Assembly (NCBI GenBank): GCA_963696385.1
Contig: CAVOKF010000007.1
Location: forward strand, 576,001 to 640,000
Direction of reading: 5' to 3'
Origin: an uncultured delta proteobacterium
GTDB taxonomy: Bacteria; Myxococcota_A; Polyangia; Polyangiales; Polyangiaceae
DNA: 64,000 bases
The notes under the pieces are model-generated. The model did no database searches, was not told the DNA's origin, and saw only the letters and a program-made list of their open reading frames with translations. How positions within the stretch are numbered: the first letter of the stretch is position 1; every line of letters begins with the position of its first letter. The position numbers were made by a program, and so were the translations under genes. Shown here in pieces: positions 53,985-64,000 of this stretch.

Positions 53985-56353
53985 AGCGAACTCCTTGGCG
54001 AGAGCGCAACCAGCGTGGCTGCAATCGTCGTCAGTGAGCTCACGGGCATGAGCACCGCGCATGCCAGCGGCGGCATACGCCCCGCGAGCGCAAGACCGAC
54101 GGTTAGAATGTTGTAAGCGAGGGCGATCGCGAGATCGACGCGCACGACTTGCGCCAGAGCGCGAGAAGTGCGTAAAGCCAGTCGGATCGGCGCGAGTCCT
54201 GGCGTGACGAAGAAAAAGTCGGCTCGCGCCGGTACGAAGGGGCGGTCGACTGAGGGCGTACCCGACACGTACGCCCGATCGATGGCGAGCGCGTCGTTGA
54301 CGCCATCGCCCACGAACAGGGTGTCGTCCCAATCCACGCGCCCGAGAAAGCGGGCCTTGTCCTCGGGGTTCTGATTGCCGATGCACCGGCGCTCGGCCAT
54401 GTGGCTTGCGCGGCCGGCGGCATCGACGCGGGCCTGAGTGTCTCCGCTCAGGAGCCACACCTCGTAGCCATCGCGAACCAGGGCATCCACCTCACCGGCG
54501 GCATCCGGACGCAGGCGCTCGGTGGTGGCAAAGCGAGCCAGAAGATCACCATCGACGCCGAAGGCGACGTCGAAGGCAACGTCGGCGCACGCCCGAGGGG
54601 CCACCCACGAGAGCCGCCCCAGCCGAAAGCGCCGGCTCGAGGAGACGAGCTCCACTCCCAGGCCGGGCGATTCGACCACCCGCGCGCCGGCGTCGAGGGT
54701 CGCGCCGTGGGCGTCGAGGACTTCGCGGATCGCTTGACTCTTCGGATGTGCGCTTCGACTCACGAGATCGACCAGGGCCTGGCGCGACACCGAATCGAGC
54801 GCCAGCGCGGCCTCGGGGTTGGCAAGCTCCAAGGCGCCGGTCGTGAGGGTCCCGGTCTTGTCGAAGACAATGCGTCGGACGGATCGTGCCCGATCGAGAA
54901 ACCCCGCCCGCCGGACAAACAGGCCGCGCCGGCGCAAGCCTGCCTGAACGATTTCGTACGCGAGCGGAGTCGCGATTCCGAACGCGCAGGGGCATGTCAC
55001 GATGAGGATCGACGTCGTGACGCTCAGGGCACGCGCGATGTCTCGCGTGGCGGCGTACCAGGCTCCGAAGCCGACGATCGCGATGCCCAGCACGCCGAGC
55101 ACGTAGAACCGTGCGAGCCGCTGCCACCAGGCCGACGTCCGCCCGCCGTCGCCCCCTCGCCGTTCGGGCTGACGAAGCAAGACGCGGAGCGGCGACGACG
55201 CGAACGCGGTCCGTGCGATCAGCGTGCAGGCTTCGGTCCCGGCGGCAAAGGCCCCGGCCGGCACGGTTTGCCCCGCAACGTAGGTGCGGGGCATGCTCTC
55301 GCCGTTGATCCAGTCGAGTGAGAACCAGGCGCTCGGGGCCTCCAACCGGGCGTCCACGGCCAGCAAGTCACCCGGTGCGAGCAGCAGCGTGTCGTCTGCG
55401 GCGATCTCCGCACATCGCGTGAGGCGAACCCGCCCATCCACGATGCGCCGTGCGAGTAGGCTATCGGTGCCGTCGCTTGCGAGCAGCCAGGCTCGGTTGC
55501 GCTCGACGACCCGTTCCTGAAGCCACCGCCCGACGAGCATGAGGGCGATGAACACGTTCAACGTGTCGAAGTACGCCCCCGCCGATCGCCGTGTCACGTA
55601 CGAATGGATGGATCCGGCGAAGGCGAGCGCGATGCCGAGCGCGATAGGCAAATCGAGGTGAATCAGACGCTGACGCAGCGCCTGGAGAGCGGAGCGGAAG
55701 AATACGGATCCCCCCACCGCGACCGCGACGGCGCTCAGCGCCACGTTGAGGGTGGTAAACAGCGAAAAGAGGGGCCCCTGGTCGAGCCCGGCATAGATCG
55801 CGATGCCGAAAATCATCGAGTTCATCGCGACGGCCGCGCAGATGCCCATGCGCCACACCAGATCCTGCGACGGCGGCGCCCGCTTCGACGGCGGCCCGAA
55901 GAGGTAGCCGAACCGTTCGACGCTCAAGACGAACGCGCGCAGGTCGAAATCCGCACGAACGATGAGATCGACGCGCCCGAGCGAGGGGTTGACCAAAACG
56001 CTCTCGTGACCCTCTTGGCGGGCAAACATTTGCTCGACGAGCCACACGCATCCGACGCAGTGGAGGCCTTGCACGTCGAGCGTGACACGCGCATGGCCCC
56101 GAGCGGTCCGCACGTCGTCCTCAACGGGCTCGAGCCACTTCGTGTCCCGCCGGTCGGCGCGCGTCGGCGGAGGCGCCGCCCCGCGTGCGCCGCCCAAGGC
56201 ATAGTAGCGATCCAGGCGCTCGTGGCGCAGGAGGGCGTGCACGGCCTCGCAGCCGGGGCAGCAAAAGTCACCCCGAGCTTGGGCGTCCAAGGACAATCCG
56301 CAATGAAGGCACGCTCCGGGGCCGCACGGGATGGAGTCGGCGGCGAGGACCAT
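53972..56353 (-). CDS. ccoI: Copper P1B-type ATPase for cbb3 assembly
   Basis: CLHC/FCCPGC, HCVGC, CPC, DKTGT, GDGVND and YN motifs. Confidence 0.9.
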   Translation of the reverse strand: MVLAADSIPCGPGACLHCGLSLDAQARGDFCCPGCEAVHALLRHERLDRYYALGGARGAAPPPTRADRRDTKWLEPVEDDVRTARGHARVTLDVQGLHCVGCVWLVEQMFARQEGHESVLVNPSLGRVDLIVRADFDLRAFVLSVERFGYLFGPPSKRAPPSQDLVWRMGICAAVAMNSMIFGIAIYAGLDQGPLFSLFTTLNVALSAVAVAVGGSVFFRSALQALRQRLIHLDLPIALGIALAFAGSIHSYVTRRSAGAYFDTLNVFIALMLVGRWLQERVVERNRAWLLASDGTDSLLARRIVDGRVRLTRCAEIAADDTLLLAPGDLLAVDARLEAPSAWFSLDWINGESMPRTYVAGQTVPAGAFAAGTEACTLIARTAFASSPLRVLLRQPERRGGDGGRTSAWWQRLARFYVLGVLGIAIVGFGAWYAATRDIARALSVTTSILIVTCPCAFGIATPLAYEIVQAGLRRRGLFVRRAGFLDRARSVRRIVFDKTGTLTTGALELANPEAALALDSVSRQALVDLVSRSAHPKSQAIREVLDAHGATLDAGARVVESPGLGVELVSSSRRFRLGRLSWVAPRACADVAFDVAFGVDGDLLARFATTERLRPDAAGEVDALVRDGYEVWLLSGDTQARVDAAGRASHMAERRCIGNQNPEDKARFLGRVDWDDTLFVGDGVNDALAIDRAYVSGTPSVDRPFVPARADFFFVTPGLAPIRLALRTSRALAQVVRVDLAIALAYNILTVGLALAGRMPPLACAVLMPVSSLTTIAATLVALSPRSSLWKS

Positions 56354-56419
56354 GGTGGGGATTCGCTGACGGGGGGCATCGTCCTGCAGGGTCCAGATGC
56401 CCGGTCAGAACACCCTGGC

Positions 56420-56917
56420 TCAGCCCGCGCCCTGGGCAGGCGACGTTGCGCCGGGCAAGGCCTGGTCAGTTTGCGGCCCGTGGACGGTCAGCACCGGGCA
56501 GCCGGCCATTCTCACGACGTGTTCGGCAACGCTTCCGAGCAAGGCCCGGGGCAGACCGTGGCGGCCTTGGGTGCCCATGACGATGAGATCCGCTCCCATG
56601 CTTTCCGCGACCTCCCGGATCTCGTTGTATGGCGTGCCGCGCCGAAGCATTCCGCCGATCTCGACGTCGACCGCCCGGGCCCGCGCCACGACGCCATCGA
56701 GCGCGTTTTGCGCCGCACGTGCGACCGCCGATTCGAATTCAAAAGTTGCCACCATCGAGTCGGGAAAACCGTAGGACGGGCATTCGTAGACGTGCAGGAC
56801 CGTGATGGTTGCGCCCAACCTCCCGGCCAAGGCGATCGCGTAACCGAGGGCACATTCGGCCGGCTCGCCGAAGTCGTGCGGCACCAGGATCCGGCGAATC
56901 TCGGGAGTGAAGGTCAT
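56420..56917 (-). CDS. Universal stress protein
   Basis: RILVPHDF, DLIVMGTQG, LGSVAEHVV and CPVLTV motifs. Confidence 0.93.
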   Translation of the reverse strand: MTFTPEIRRILVPHDFGEPAECALGYAIALAGRLGATITVLHVYECPSYGFPDSMVATFEFESAVARAAQNALDGVVARARAVDVEIGGMLRRGTPYNEIREVAESMGADLIVMGTQGRHGLPRALLGSVAEHVVRMAGCPVLTVHGPQTDQALPGATSPAQGAG

Positions 56918-57357
56918 GCCCGCCGGGCCGATGCAACGGCCCGGCCATCGCCACTCGGCCCGAGCAGAACCACGAGCGCGCGCAACGCATCGACGGATGT
57001 AAAAATGCCCGCGACATGGCCGTGGTCCACCACGGCGACGCACCCGTACTTGTGCTGCGCCATCTCGGCCGCCACCTCCGCCAAGGGCACGTCGGGGGCA
57101 ACGGCGTACACCTCGGTCGACATGGCCTCTTCGACCCTGACCGTCGATGGATCGACGTCGCGCAGCGTTTCGACGAAGAGCACGTCGCGCTGCGAGAGCA
57201 CTCCGACGATTCGTCCGCCATCGAGCACCGGAAGATGCCGGACGTCGTGGGCACGCATCCGGTCGAGCGCGGTCGACAACGACTGGCTGCGGCCGATCGA
57301 GTGCGGCGAGGGGGTCATGAAATCGCGTATGGGGCAATGCAGTTCATGCCTGGTCAT
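56914..57357 (-). CDS. CBS-domain protein
   Basis: VRHLPVLD, GVLSQRD and GIFTSVDAL motifs. Confidence 0.9.
   Translation of the reverse strand: MTRHELHCPIRDFMTPSPHSIGRSQSLSTALDRMRAHDVRHLPVLDGGRIVGVLSQRDVLFVETLRDVDPSTVRVEEAMSTEVYAVAPDVPLAEVAAEMAQHKYGCVAVVDHGHVAGIFTSVDALRALVVLLGPSGDGRAVASARRA
56932..56947 (-). promoter_or_regulatory. Putative internal sigma54 promoter for usp
   Basis: TGGCCGGGCCGTTGCA; ATG 16 nt downstream. Confidence 0.55.
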
Positions 57358-57370
57358 GGCGATCGACACC

Positions 57371-57386
57371 AGCAAGGATGTGGCCA
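57371..57386 (-). promoter_or_regulatory. Putative sigma54 promoter for CBS-usp
   Basis: TGGCCACATCCTTGCT, near consensus; ATG 15 nt downstream. Confidence 0.65.
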
Positions 57387-57550
57387 GCCGAAGCGGCGGC
57401 ACTCTTGAACGGCCATGCTGCGCACGGGATGCGCGGAAGCGCAAATCGTGCATGCGCCTTCGACGTGCGCGAGGAACGTGCGCTAGGAAGAAGGATCCAG
57501 GTGGGCGACTCCGCCCCAGGGTGGGAACAGTCGGTGCAGGAGACCTGACG

Positions 57551-58627
57551 ATGCTGCTCGACCCTCTCACGTTCCGAAACGGCATTCGCGCGAATAACAG
57601 GGCATGGCTCGCACCGATGACCAACCAGCAGAGCCACGCCGATGGAACGCTCTCCGACGCCGAACTCGAATGGCTGGCGATGCGCGCGCAAGGCGGGTTC
57701 GGCGTCGTCGAGACGTGCGCCGCCCACGTGGCCAAGGACGGACAGGGCTGGCCCGGTGAACTCGGCGTCTTCGACGATAGCCTCGGCCCCGGGCTCGCGC
57801 GGCTCGCAGCGGCGCTGGCCCAACACGGGTCGCTCGGAATCGTGCAGATCTTCCACGGGGGCGTGCGATCGCCCTCCGCTCTCACGGGCGAGCAGCCCTG
57901 GAGCGCCATGGCGACGAGTGTCCCAGGGGCCGAGACACCCCGTGCCGCCACGATCGGGGACCTCACACGAGTCATCGCCCAGTTCCGCGACGCCGCGGTC
58001 CGATGCCATGCCGCCGGGTTTGCCGGCGTCGAGCTTCACGGCGCTCACGGCTACCTTCTGTGTCAGTTTCTGAGCTCGATGAACACGCGCACCGACGGAT
58101 GGGGCGGATCGATCGAGGGGCGCGCGCGCCTCGTGCGCGAGGCGACACGCGCGGTGCGCAGCGCAACCCCCGACCGTTTCCTCGTGGGTGTGCGCCTGTC
58201 GGCCGAAGACTTTGGAAACGCGCGAGGCCTCGACCTGGACGAGTCCGCCCGAGTCGCGCGTTGGCTCTGCGAAGACGGCGCGGACTTCGTCCATCTCTCT
58301 CTGTGGGATTGGACTCAGAACTCGCACAAGCGGCCGGACCAGCACCCCGTATCGATCTTCCGGGCGGCGATCCCGCGCGATGTGGTGCTCGTTGCCGCCG
58401 GGGACGTATGGACGCGAGCCGATGCCGAGGCGCTGATCGACAAAGGCGCGAGCGCCGTCGCCGTCGGGCGCGCCGCCATCGCGAACCCGGACTGGGCATC
58501 GCGCGTCGGCCAAGCCGAATGGGTCCCTCGACGTCCGCCGCTCACTCGAGCCGAGCTCGTCGCGCGGGGTTTGACTCCTGCCTTCGCCGAAACGATGCGC
58601 CGATGGAAAGGTTTCGTCGCGGACTAA
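57551..58627 (+). CDS. NADH:flavin oxidoreductase (Old Yellow Enzyme family)
   Basis: LAPMT, QIFHGG, GVELHGAHGYL and NTRTDGWGG motifs. Confidence 0.93.
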   Translation: MLLDPLTFRNGIRANNRAWLAPMTNQQSHADGTLSDAELEWLAMRAQGGFGVVETCAAHVAKDGQGWPGELGVFDDSLGPGLARLAAALAQHGSLGIVQIFHGGVRSPSALTGEQPWSAMATSVPGAETPRAATIGDLTRVIAQFRDAAVRCHAAGFAGVELHGAHGYLLCQFLSSMNTRTDGWGGSIEGRARLVREATRAVRSATPDRFLVGVRLSAEDFGNARGLDLDESARVARWLCEDGADFVHLSLWDWTQNSHKRPDQHPVSIFRAAIPRDVVLVAAGDVWTRADAEALIDKGASAVAVGRAAIANPDWASRVGQAEWVPRRPPLTRAELVARGLTPAFAETMRRWKGFVAD

Positions 58628-58803
58628 TCGGCACGCCGGCCTGGGGCTTCGAAAGCCGGTCTCAGCCGTCGTCGGCGCGGGGTCCGTCGGCGCTCCGCCG
58701 GCAGCACGCTCCACAACGCGGGCTGCGGACGGTGCATCGAAGGACGCGTGAGCCACGCCACTTCGAGACCATCGCGCCGGCGCCCCCCGGGAAGCCCGAG
58801 AAC

Positions 58804-59439
58804 ATGAACCTGCTGATCATCGGCGCGTCGAAGGGGACCGGGGCGCTCGCCGTACGCGCGGCACTCGACAGGGGTCACCGCGTGACGGCGTTCGCGCGCA
58901 ACCCGCAGAAGCTCGAGCTGGACCATCCGCAGCTCCAAAAGGTCATCGGCGATTTCCATCAAGCGGCGTCGGTGGACGCGGCGGTGCCCGGGCACGATGC
59001 GGTCATCGTCACGGCCTCGGCGACCAGCCTCCGCGCCTTCAAGCAAAACCCCCGCTACTTCTCCCAGGGGACCGGCTACACCATCGACGCCATGAAGAGC
59101 GCCGGGGTCAGGCGTCTGGTGGTGCTGAGCGCCCTCGGCGTCGGAGACAGCCGGCCGTTGTTCCATCCGGTGATCCGGGCGATCGTGATCGACTGGCTGC
59201 TCAAGGTGGCCTTCGAGGATCACGAGAGACAAGAGCAGCAGGTGCGAGCGAGCGGCCTGGATTGGGTCATCGCGCGTCCGGGTCGCCTCTCGAACCGCCC
59301 GGCAGGCCGACAGTATGTCAAGAAGACGGCCATCGAATCGGTGCCGGGGTCGATCTCCCGCGCCGACGTGGCCGACTTTCTCGTGCAAGCATGCGAGGTA
59401 TCGACCTGGGTGGGTCACGCCGTGCAGCTCGGCGGCTGA
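58804..59439 (+). CDS. NAD(P)H-binding atypical SDR (flavin/biliverdin reductase B-like)
   Basis: IIGASKGTG, LDWVIARPG and ISRADVA motifs. Confidence 0.88.
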   Translation: MNLLIIGASKGTGALAVRAALDRGHRVTAFARNPQKLELDHPQLQKVIGDFHQAASVDAAVPGHDAVIVTASATSLRAFKQNPRYFSQGTGYTIDAMKSAGVRRLVVLSALGVGDSRPLFHPVIRAIVIDWLLKVAFEDHERQEQQVRASGLDWVIARPGRLSNRPAGRQYVKKTAIESVPGSISRADVADFLVQACEVSTWVGHAVQLGG

Positions 59440-59560
59440 CGACGCGGACGCCTTTCGCCGATCCGCCTTGCCTGCCATCAGGCCCACCTGTCCCATGGTA
59501 TGGGCGCGGTCTTGCCGTAGGATGGGATCGCACCCGCAGGAGAACCCATGCGCGAGATCG

Positions 59561-61519
59561 TCAGTCGTCCAGGTAAAACGGGGTGTTCACGACGACGACC
59601 CGCGGGCCGCCGCGGAGCCGGAGCAGACTGCGGAGCACTGCGCCTCGGTTGTTGTGCAGAAACGCGTGGTAAAAGCGATGGACGACCAGGTCGGGAACGA
59701 TGACCACGATGTCTCGGCCCGGGTGGCCGTCGCGAAGCTGTAGGACGTAGTCCACGAGTGGCGCGAAGAACTGCCGGTACGTCGATTTGCGCAAGATGAG
59801 TTGCGGGGGCGGAAAGCCGGCGGCGCGCGCCGGCCCGGCGACCAGCTCCTCCCAGACGGCGGTCAGATCCGAGATCGTGCTGTCTTGAGTCAGGATGTGC
59901 AGCGCGCGCACGTCGGGCGAGAGCTCCAACGCGAAGCGAAGTCCACGACTCGTCAGCTTGCTCCACGACTGCACCGGAACGAGCACGATGGGCGGCTCTG
60001 CTTTCGACAGAACCAGGGGCTCATCGTCGGCCACTTGCTTCGCGACAGACCGGTAATGCCGGTTGATCCGCGCGAACAGCAGCACGACCAGGGGCACCAC
60101 GATGACGGCCAGCCAAGCTCCTTCCATGAACTTCGAGACCACCACCACGACGAGCGTGAGTCCTGTGGCCACGGCACCGACTGCGTTGATCCAGAGCGAG
60201 TGATGCTTGGCCGGCCCTCCGACTCGCCGCCAGTGCTGCACCATGCCCGCCTGCGAGAGCGTGAAGGCCAAAAACGCCCCGATGGCGAAGAGCGGGATGA
60301 GCCGATCGGTGACGCCACCGAACGCGATGAGAAGCGCCGCCGAGAAGAGCGACAGGACGACAACGCCGTACGAAAAGACCAGGCGCCGGCCGCGCGTCGC
60401 GAACGTGTCGGGCAGGAACCGATCCAGCGCGAGGACCCGGCATAGCCGCGGGAAGTCGGCGAAGCTCGTGTTGGCGGAAAGCGCGAGAACGGCTACGACC
60501 GAGCCCATCGTCACGTAGTAGAAGGCCCCCCGGCCCGCCACCGCGGCGGTCAACTGCGAGAGGATGCTCTGGTACCCGTCGCCTCCCGGCTCGGTCGCGC
60601 CAATGGCGTACGCGCGGCAGAGAAGGGCGATGCCTCCGAGGAGCCCCACGAGGATGGCGATGATGCTGGTCAGCGTCCACTCCGCATTGCGGATCGTCGG
60701 AGCCTTGAAGATGGGCACCCCGTTGCTGACGGCCTCGACGCCCGTCATGGCCGTACAGCCGCTCGAGAACGCGCGCATGAGCAGCCAGAGGCTCACGGTC
60801 GTCGTGGGCGCGGCCAACGCCGGTGGGGCCGTCACGGACACGGGATGACCGCCCGCGAGGGCCGCCTTGACCCCTCCGATGACGATGACGGTCGCGAGGG
60901 TCGCAACGAAGAGGTACGTCGGAAGAAGGAAGGTCAGCCCCGATTCGCGCGTACCCCGGAGATTGACGACCGTCAGCAGCGCCAGAATCGCGAGGCACAG
61001 CGGCAAAGTGAACGGCAGAAGCGAGGGCGCCGCCGAAACGAGCGCGCCGACGCCCGCAGAGATCCCCACGGCCACGTTGAGCACGTAATCGAGCGCGAGC
61101 GCGGCGCCCGCGAGCAGCGCCGCAGGCTGACCGAGGTTCTCCTTCGCAACCGTGTACGACCCTCCTCCGTTCGGGTAGGTCGCGATCGTCTGCCGGTACG
61201 AGAAGTACACGATGAGCAGCACGCCAATGATGATGGCGCTGATCGGGAGCACGTAGGCGAGGCCGAGCACGCCTACGGGCAGCAGCAGCGTGAGCGCCGC
61301 CTCGGGCCCGTACGCTGCGGAAGAGAGCGCGTCGAGGCCCAGCACCGCCACGCCGGCCATTGGCCCGATCTTCTGTTCCTCTTCGTCGGCAGACGCCAGT
61401 CGGCGACCGAAAATGACGTCTCCCAGCGTGCGCGCTTTGCCCGCGTGCGCCGTGCCCTCGACGACGGTAACGATCGGGGCGCGGGCTGATCTCGTGGGGT
61501 CGGGCGGGGCGTCGGTCAT
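59561..61519 (-). CDS. APC-superfamily transporter, KimA/YdaO-like
   Basis: DALSSAAYG, YPNGGGSY, TGVEAVSNG and LHNN motifs; ~12 TM helices plus C-terminal cytoplasmic domain. Confidence 0.85.
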   Translation of the reverse strand: MTDAPPDPTRSARAPIVTVVEGTAHAGKARTLGDVIFGRRLASADEEEQKIGPMAGVAVLGLDALSSAAYGPEAALTLLLPVGVLGLAYVLPISAIIIGVLLIVYFSYRQTIATYPNGGGSYTVAKENLGQPAALLAGAALALDYVLNVAVGISAGVGALVSAAPSLLPFTLPLCLAILALLTVVNLRGTRESGLTFLLPTYLFVATLATVIVIGGVKAALAGGHPVSVTAPPALAAPTTTVSLWLLMRAFSSGCTAMTGVEAVSNGVPIFKAPTIRNAEWTLTSIIAILVGLLGGIALLCRAYAIGATEPGGDGYQSILSQLTAAVAGRGAFYYVTMGSVVAVLALSANTSFADFPRLCRVLALDRFLPDTFATRGRRLVFSYGVVVLSLFSAALLIAFGGVTDRLIPLFAIGAFLAFTLSQAGMVQHWRRVGGPAKHHSLWINAVGAVATGLTLVVVVVSKFMEGAWLAVIVVPLVVLLFARINRHYRSVAKQVADDEPLVLSKAEPPIVLVPVQSWSKLTSRGLRFALELSPDVRALHILTQDSTISDLTAVWEELVAGPARAAGFPPPQLILRKSTYRQFFAPLVDYVLQLRDGHPGRDIVVIVPDLVVHRFYHAFLHNNRGAVLRSLLRLRGGPRVVVVNTPFYLDD

Positions 61520-61573
61520 GGCGTCACGGGGCGATGCTAGGGTACGCGGCCCGAGACCGGCCATAGGAACCCG

Positions 61574-62299
61574 ATGACCGACCTCCCCGACGCGCGCGAT
61601 CACGCGTTTCCGTGTCGCCCGACGATCTCGTGCACGGCTGAGATCGCCACGCCCGGAACGCTCGAAGCCGAAGGCGGACTTCTCGGCTCCGGAGCCAAGG
61701 GTCCTATGCGCGAGTGGTCGTATCCACTCTTGCTCAAGCAAACGGTGACGCGGTGGCTGCAGGTTCAGGTGGCGTCGGGCGGTCTCACGACAATTCACGG
61801 GCCCGCACCGGCGCAGTACTTCGACAACGTGGGCGCTGGCCTCAAGATCCATCTCCACGATCAGGGGCCACTGTGGCCCTCGCTCGCCGTGACGGCGCTG
61901 GCCAGCGTCCCCACGCTCCGCAGCAACGGTTACCGCCGCATCGAGGACGGTCTCGTGACGGCGCACGCCTCGAAGGACGTCGCCTGGCTCCACGTCGATT
62001 GGAACGTCGGGCTGAATCTCTGGCGGCTGGAGGGCAAGCCTCTGTCGCAAGGATTCACGGCGATCGCCTTTTCGAGGAGCTTGCCGCCTCCGTTCTCGAT
62101 CGCGGTCGAAGGGTACGCCTTCTCCGACGCCGCTCCGATCGCGTCGCGCAACGGCGGCATTCTCGCCGCGCTCGGCATGACCCCGCGGCCATGGCTCGTC
62201 TTCGACTTCGGCGGAGACCTAGGGTTCTTCCCGTCGACGCGATCCTACAGCGTGTTCGTCGGGATGACGATCATTCCGGTCGTCTGGTGGCGATCGTAG
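61574..62299 (+). CDS. Hypothetical beta-strand-rich protein, possible outer-membrane barrel (no signal peptide seen)
   Basis: PCRPTISC N-terminus; amphipathic strands. Confidence 0.55.
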   Translation: MTDLPDARDHAFPCRPTISCTAEIATPGTLEAEGGLLGSGAKGPMREWSYPLLLKQTVTRWLQVQVASGGLTTIHGPAPAQYFDNVGAGLKIHLHDQGPLWPSLAVTALASVPTLRSNGYRRIEDGLVTAHASKDVAWLHVDWNVGLNLWRLEGKPLSQGFTAIAFSRSLPPPFSIAVEGYAFSDAAPIASRNGGILAALGMTPRPWLVFDFGGDLGFFPSTRSYSVFVGMTIIPVVWWRS

Positions 62300-62389
62300 C
62301 CGTCCCGCTCGGTCGAGATGGACCGCGTGCGGCTCCGCCGCGTCGTCGACGCCACTCGGCATTTCGGTCGGGCCACGCGCCGACCGGGG

Positions 62390-63700
62390 TCAGTTCTCCT
62401 GATAGTTTTCCCAGAGCCAGATCAGGCCGGCCGGCATGACTTCATTTCTCGCGTTGTGGTCGCAGTGCCCCGCCCCCAGTGCGTAGATGAAGCGGTAGTG
62501 ATTGCCTTTGGTCATGAGGGCAGACGCCATGTTTTGATTGGCAATCACCCAGTTGCTGTCCGATGACGCCGGCGTAGTGGAGCCGTTGTCGTTCTGACCC
62601 ACCTCCAGGAACACCCGTAAGTCCGGTCTCAGGGGTGCGGCCGTGATCAAACTCGGGTACTCCCAAGCGCCCTCGGGGTAGGCCGTGGTCTTCTGGATCG
62701 CAACGTAGGACCCCGAGAACGAGAACACGCGATTGAAGTCTCCGAACCAGGCCAGACCCATGACGGCCGGGCCGCCGGAGCTGCATCCGTAGCCACCGCG
62801 CCCGTTGGGGTCGCTCGTGAGCGCGAAGTTCGGATACTTGGCCTTGAGCGCGGCGTTCGACAGCACGGCGGGAAGGACCTCTGTGGTCACGAACTCCCAG
62901 TAGGCGCTGGAAACCGTGTCGTACTCGTAGCTGCGCTCACTATTCGGATAGACGTTCGGGCCGTTTTGAATGCCAATGACCACGAGCGGGGGCACATGGT
63001 TGGGCGGCGGCGAACCGGCCAGATCCTGGACGACCGTCTGAATCGACGCGTAATACCCGTCCGACGTGACCATGAACGGCGATTCGGTGCCGTCCACGTA
63101 TTGTGCGGGAACCCAGACCTGGATCTGACGCGTGAAAGTGATCGGAGGGGTAAAGTAACTCCCGTTGTAAATTTTACTGTCCGCAGAAGACATGGTGAAC
63201 GTGGTCGTGAAGCCCGCCGGAGCGCCGGGATCCAGCGTCAAATAGGGCGAGGGCGTGTAGGTCGGCCCCACCATGAATTCGCCGTCCCCGACGCTGGTGT
63301 CCGTATCGTCGTCACCGCCGTCAGGACCCAGGACCGCGAGGTTTGCGCCACCGTCGGAAGCGGACGCACTGCTCGACGCGTCGTCGGCGGCTTGGGCCAT
63401 TCCCGCGTCACCGACGCCGCCCGTTGCCGAGCTCGCACCGGTGCCGGTGCCGCCGCCGGTTCCGGTGCCGCCACCGGTCCCCGCGCCGCTCGACGTACTT
63501 GCAGTTCCGGAGGTCGCCCCGGTACTTCCCGCCGCTGACGACGAGGCCGCCGCCGTCGTGTTCCCGCCCGTGGCGACGGCGGTGCCGGAGCCGGTCTGTC
63601 CGCCGGTCCCCTGAGCGGCGTTATTCGATCCGCAAGACGAGCAAGCACTCGTGACGAGAGTACCGATGACCCAGGCCTGAAAAGAAAGAGATCGACCCAT
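62390..63700 (-). CDS. Exported Fes-like alpha/beta-hydrolase (esterase)
   Basis: Signal/lipobox region, Ser/Thr/Gly linker, RSYEYD, GCSSGG nucleophile elbow, GAGHC. Confidence 0.8.
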   Translation of the reverse strand: MGRSLSFQAWVIGTLVTSACSSCGSNNAAQGTGGQTGSGTAVATGGNTTAAASSSAAGSTGATSGTASTSSGAGTGGGTGTGGGTGTGASSATGGVGDAGMAQAADDASSSASASDGGANLAVLGPDGGDDDTDTSVGDGEFMVGPTYTPSPYLTLDPGAPAGFTTTFTMSSADSKIYNGSYFTPPITFTRQIQVWVPAQYVDGTESPFMVTSDGYYASIQTVVQDLAGSPPPNHVPPLVVIGIQNGPNVYPNSERSYEYDTVSSAYWEFVTTEVLPAVLSNAALKAKYPNFALTSDPNGRGGYGCSSGGPAVMGLAWFGDFNRVFSFSGSYVAIQKTTAYPEGAWEYPSLITAAPLRPDLRVFLEVGQNDNGSTTPASSDSNWVIANQNMASALMTKGNHYRFIYALGAGHCDHNARNEVMPAGLIWLWENYQEN

Positions 63701-64000
63701 GGCATTGACCCTTGCGTCGTGAAACCGGCGTTGTCGGCGAACTCCCAAAGTTGAGAGTGCGCTCCTAGACTACCACCGGGCACTCAGGAGGCCCGGGATT
63801 TCGCGCAAGGTTCTCGCGGCCCCGCGCGCCAACAGTATGGACGAAAAACTCCACCCGCCCTCGGCGAGCTTCGCTCCTGGTTGCCCACAAACCTGCATCA
63901 CCGCCAGCGGACGGACCGGAGCCCGAGTTCGCCAACGCGCCGCGCCGGCGCATCGTCGTCCCGATCCGCGGCCGCGCGACCGGTGCGCTACCCTGTCGCC

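Noticed and set aside
56354..56419. FNR box or sigma54 promoter directly before ccoI
   Set aside because: No TTGAT-N4-ATCAA; the best minus-strand candidate (GGCATC...TGC) has 12-nt spacing. A near-miss before 48400 has GC instead of GG
55604..57550. Apparent 1007-aa OYE fusion
   Set aside because: The extension is antisense to ccoI/usp/CBS; there is an RBS and ATG at 57551

Overview
GC-rich bacterial chromosome segment. The gene style (Asp-Ala-Gly-rich and Cys-rich lipoproteins, an FGE-sulfatase-domain protein, fused ccoNO) suggests Myxococcota/Polyangiaceae; this is an inference. In order: a carotenoid cluster (crtB, CruA/CruP-type cyclase, crtZ, a crtD remnant, crtE); a two-component/c-di-GMP cluster; sugar ABC transporter, galTK and GH43; sulfate ABC transporter and cysK; lipoproteins; flotillin-NfeD; Anbu protease; an ~18.5-kb putative low-oxygen/stress island (Hsp20, Ptb, two CBS proteins, USP, Rv2004c-like kinase, two paralogous glycine-zipper proteins, cbb3 oxidase and assembly genes); an OYE, a KimA-like transporter and an esterase. 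Most notable: (1) nine sigma54-type GG-N10-GC motifs across the island, six of them 14-16 nt before a start codon with no clear SD, implying near-leaderless sigma54 transcripts; (2) a ~170-nt purine-rich GGA-dense intergenic element; (3) three 11-bp tandem repeats resembling a CarH operator between crtD' and crtE; (4) four +1 frameshifts all in GATC-like contexts, probably a systematic sequencing error; (5) a REC-PAS-GGDEF-REC-HK fusion. I recognised no rRNA, tRNA, CRISPR array or mobile element. All calls are by eye; no database searches were run.
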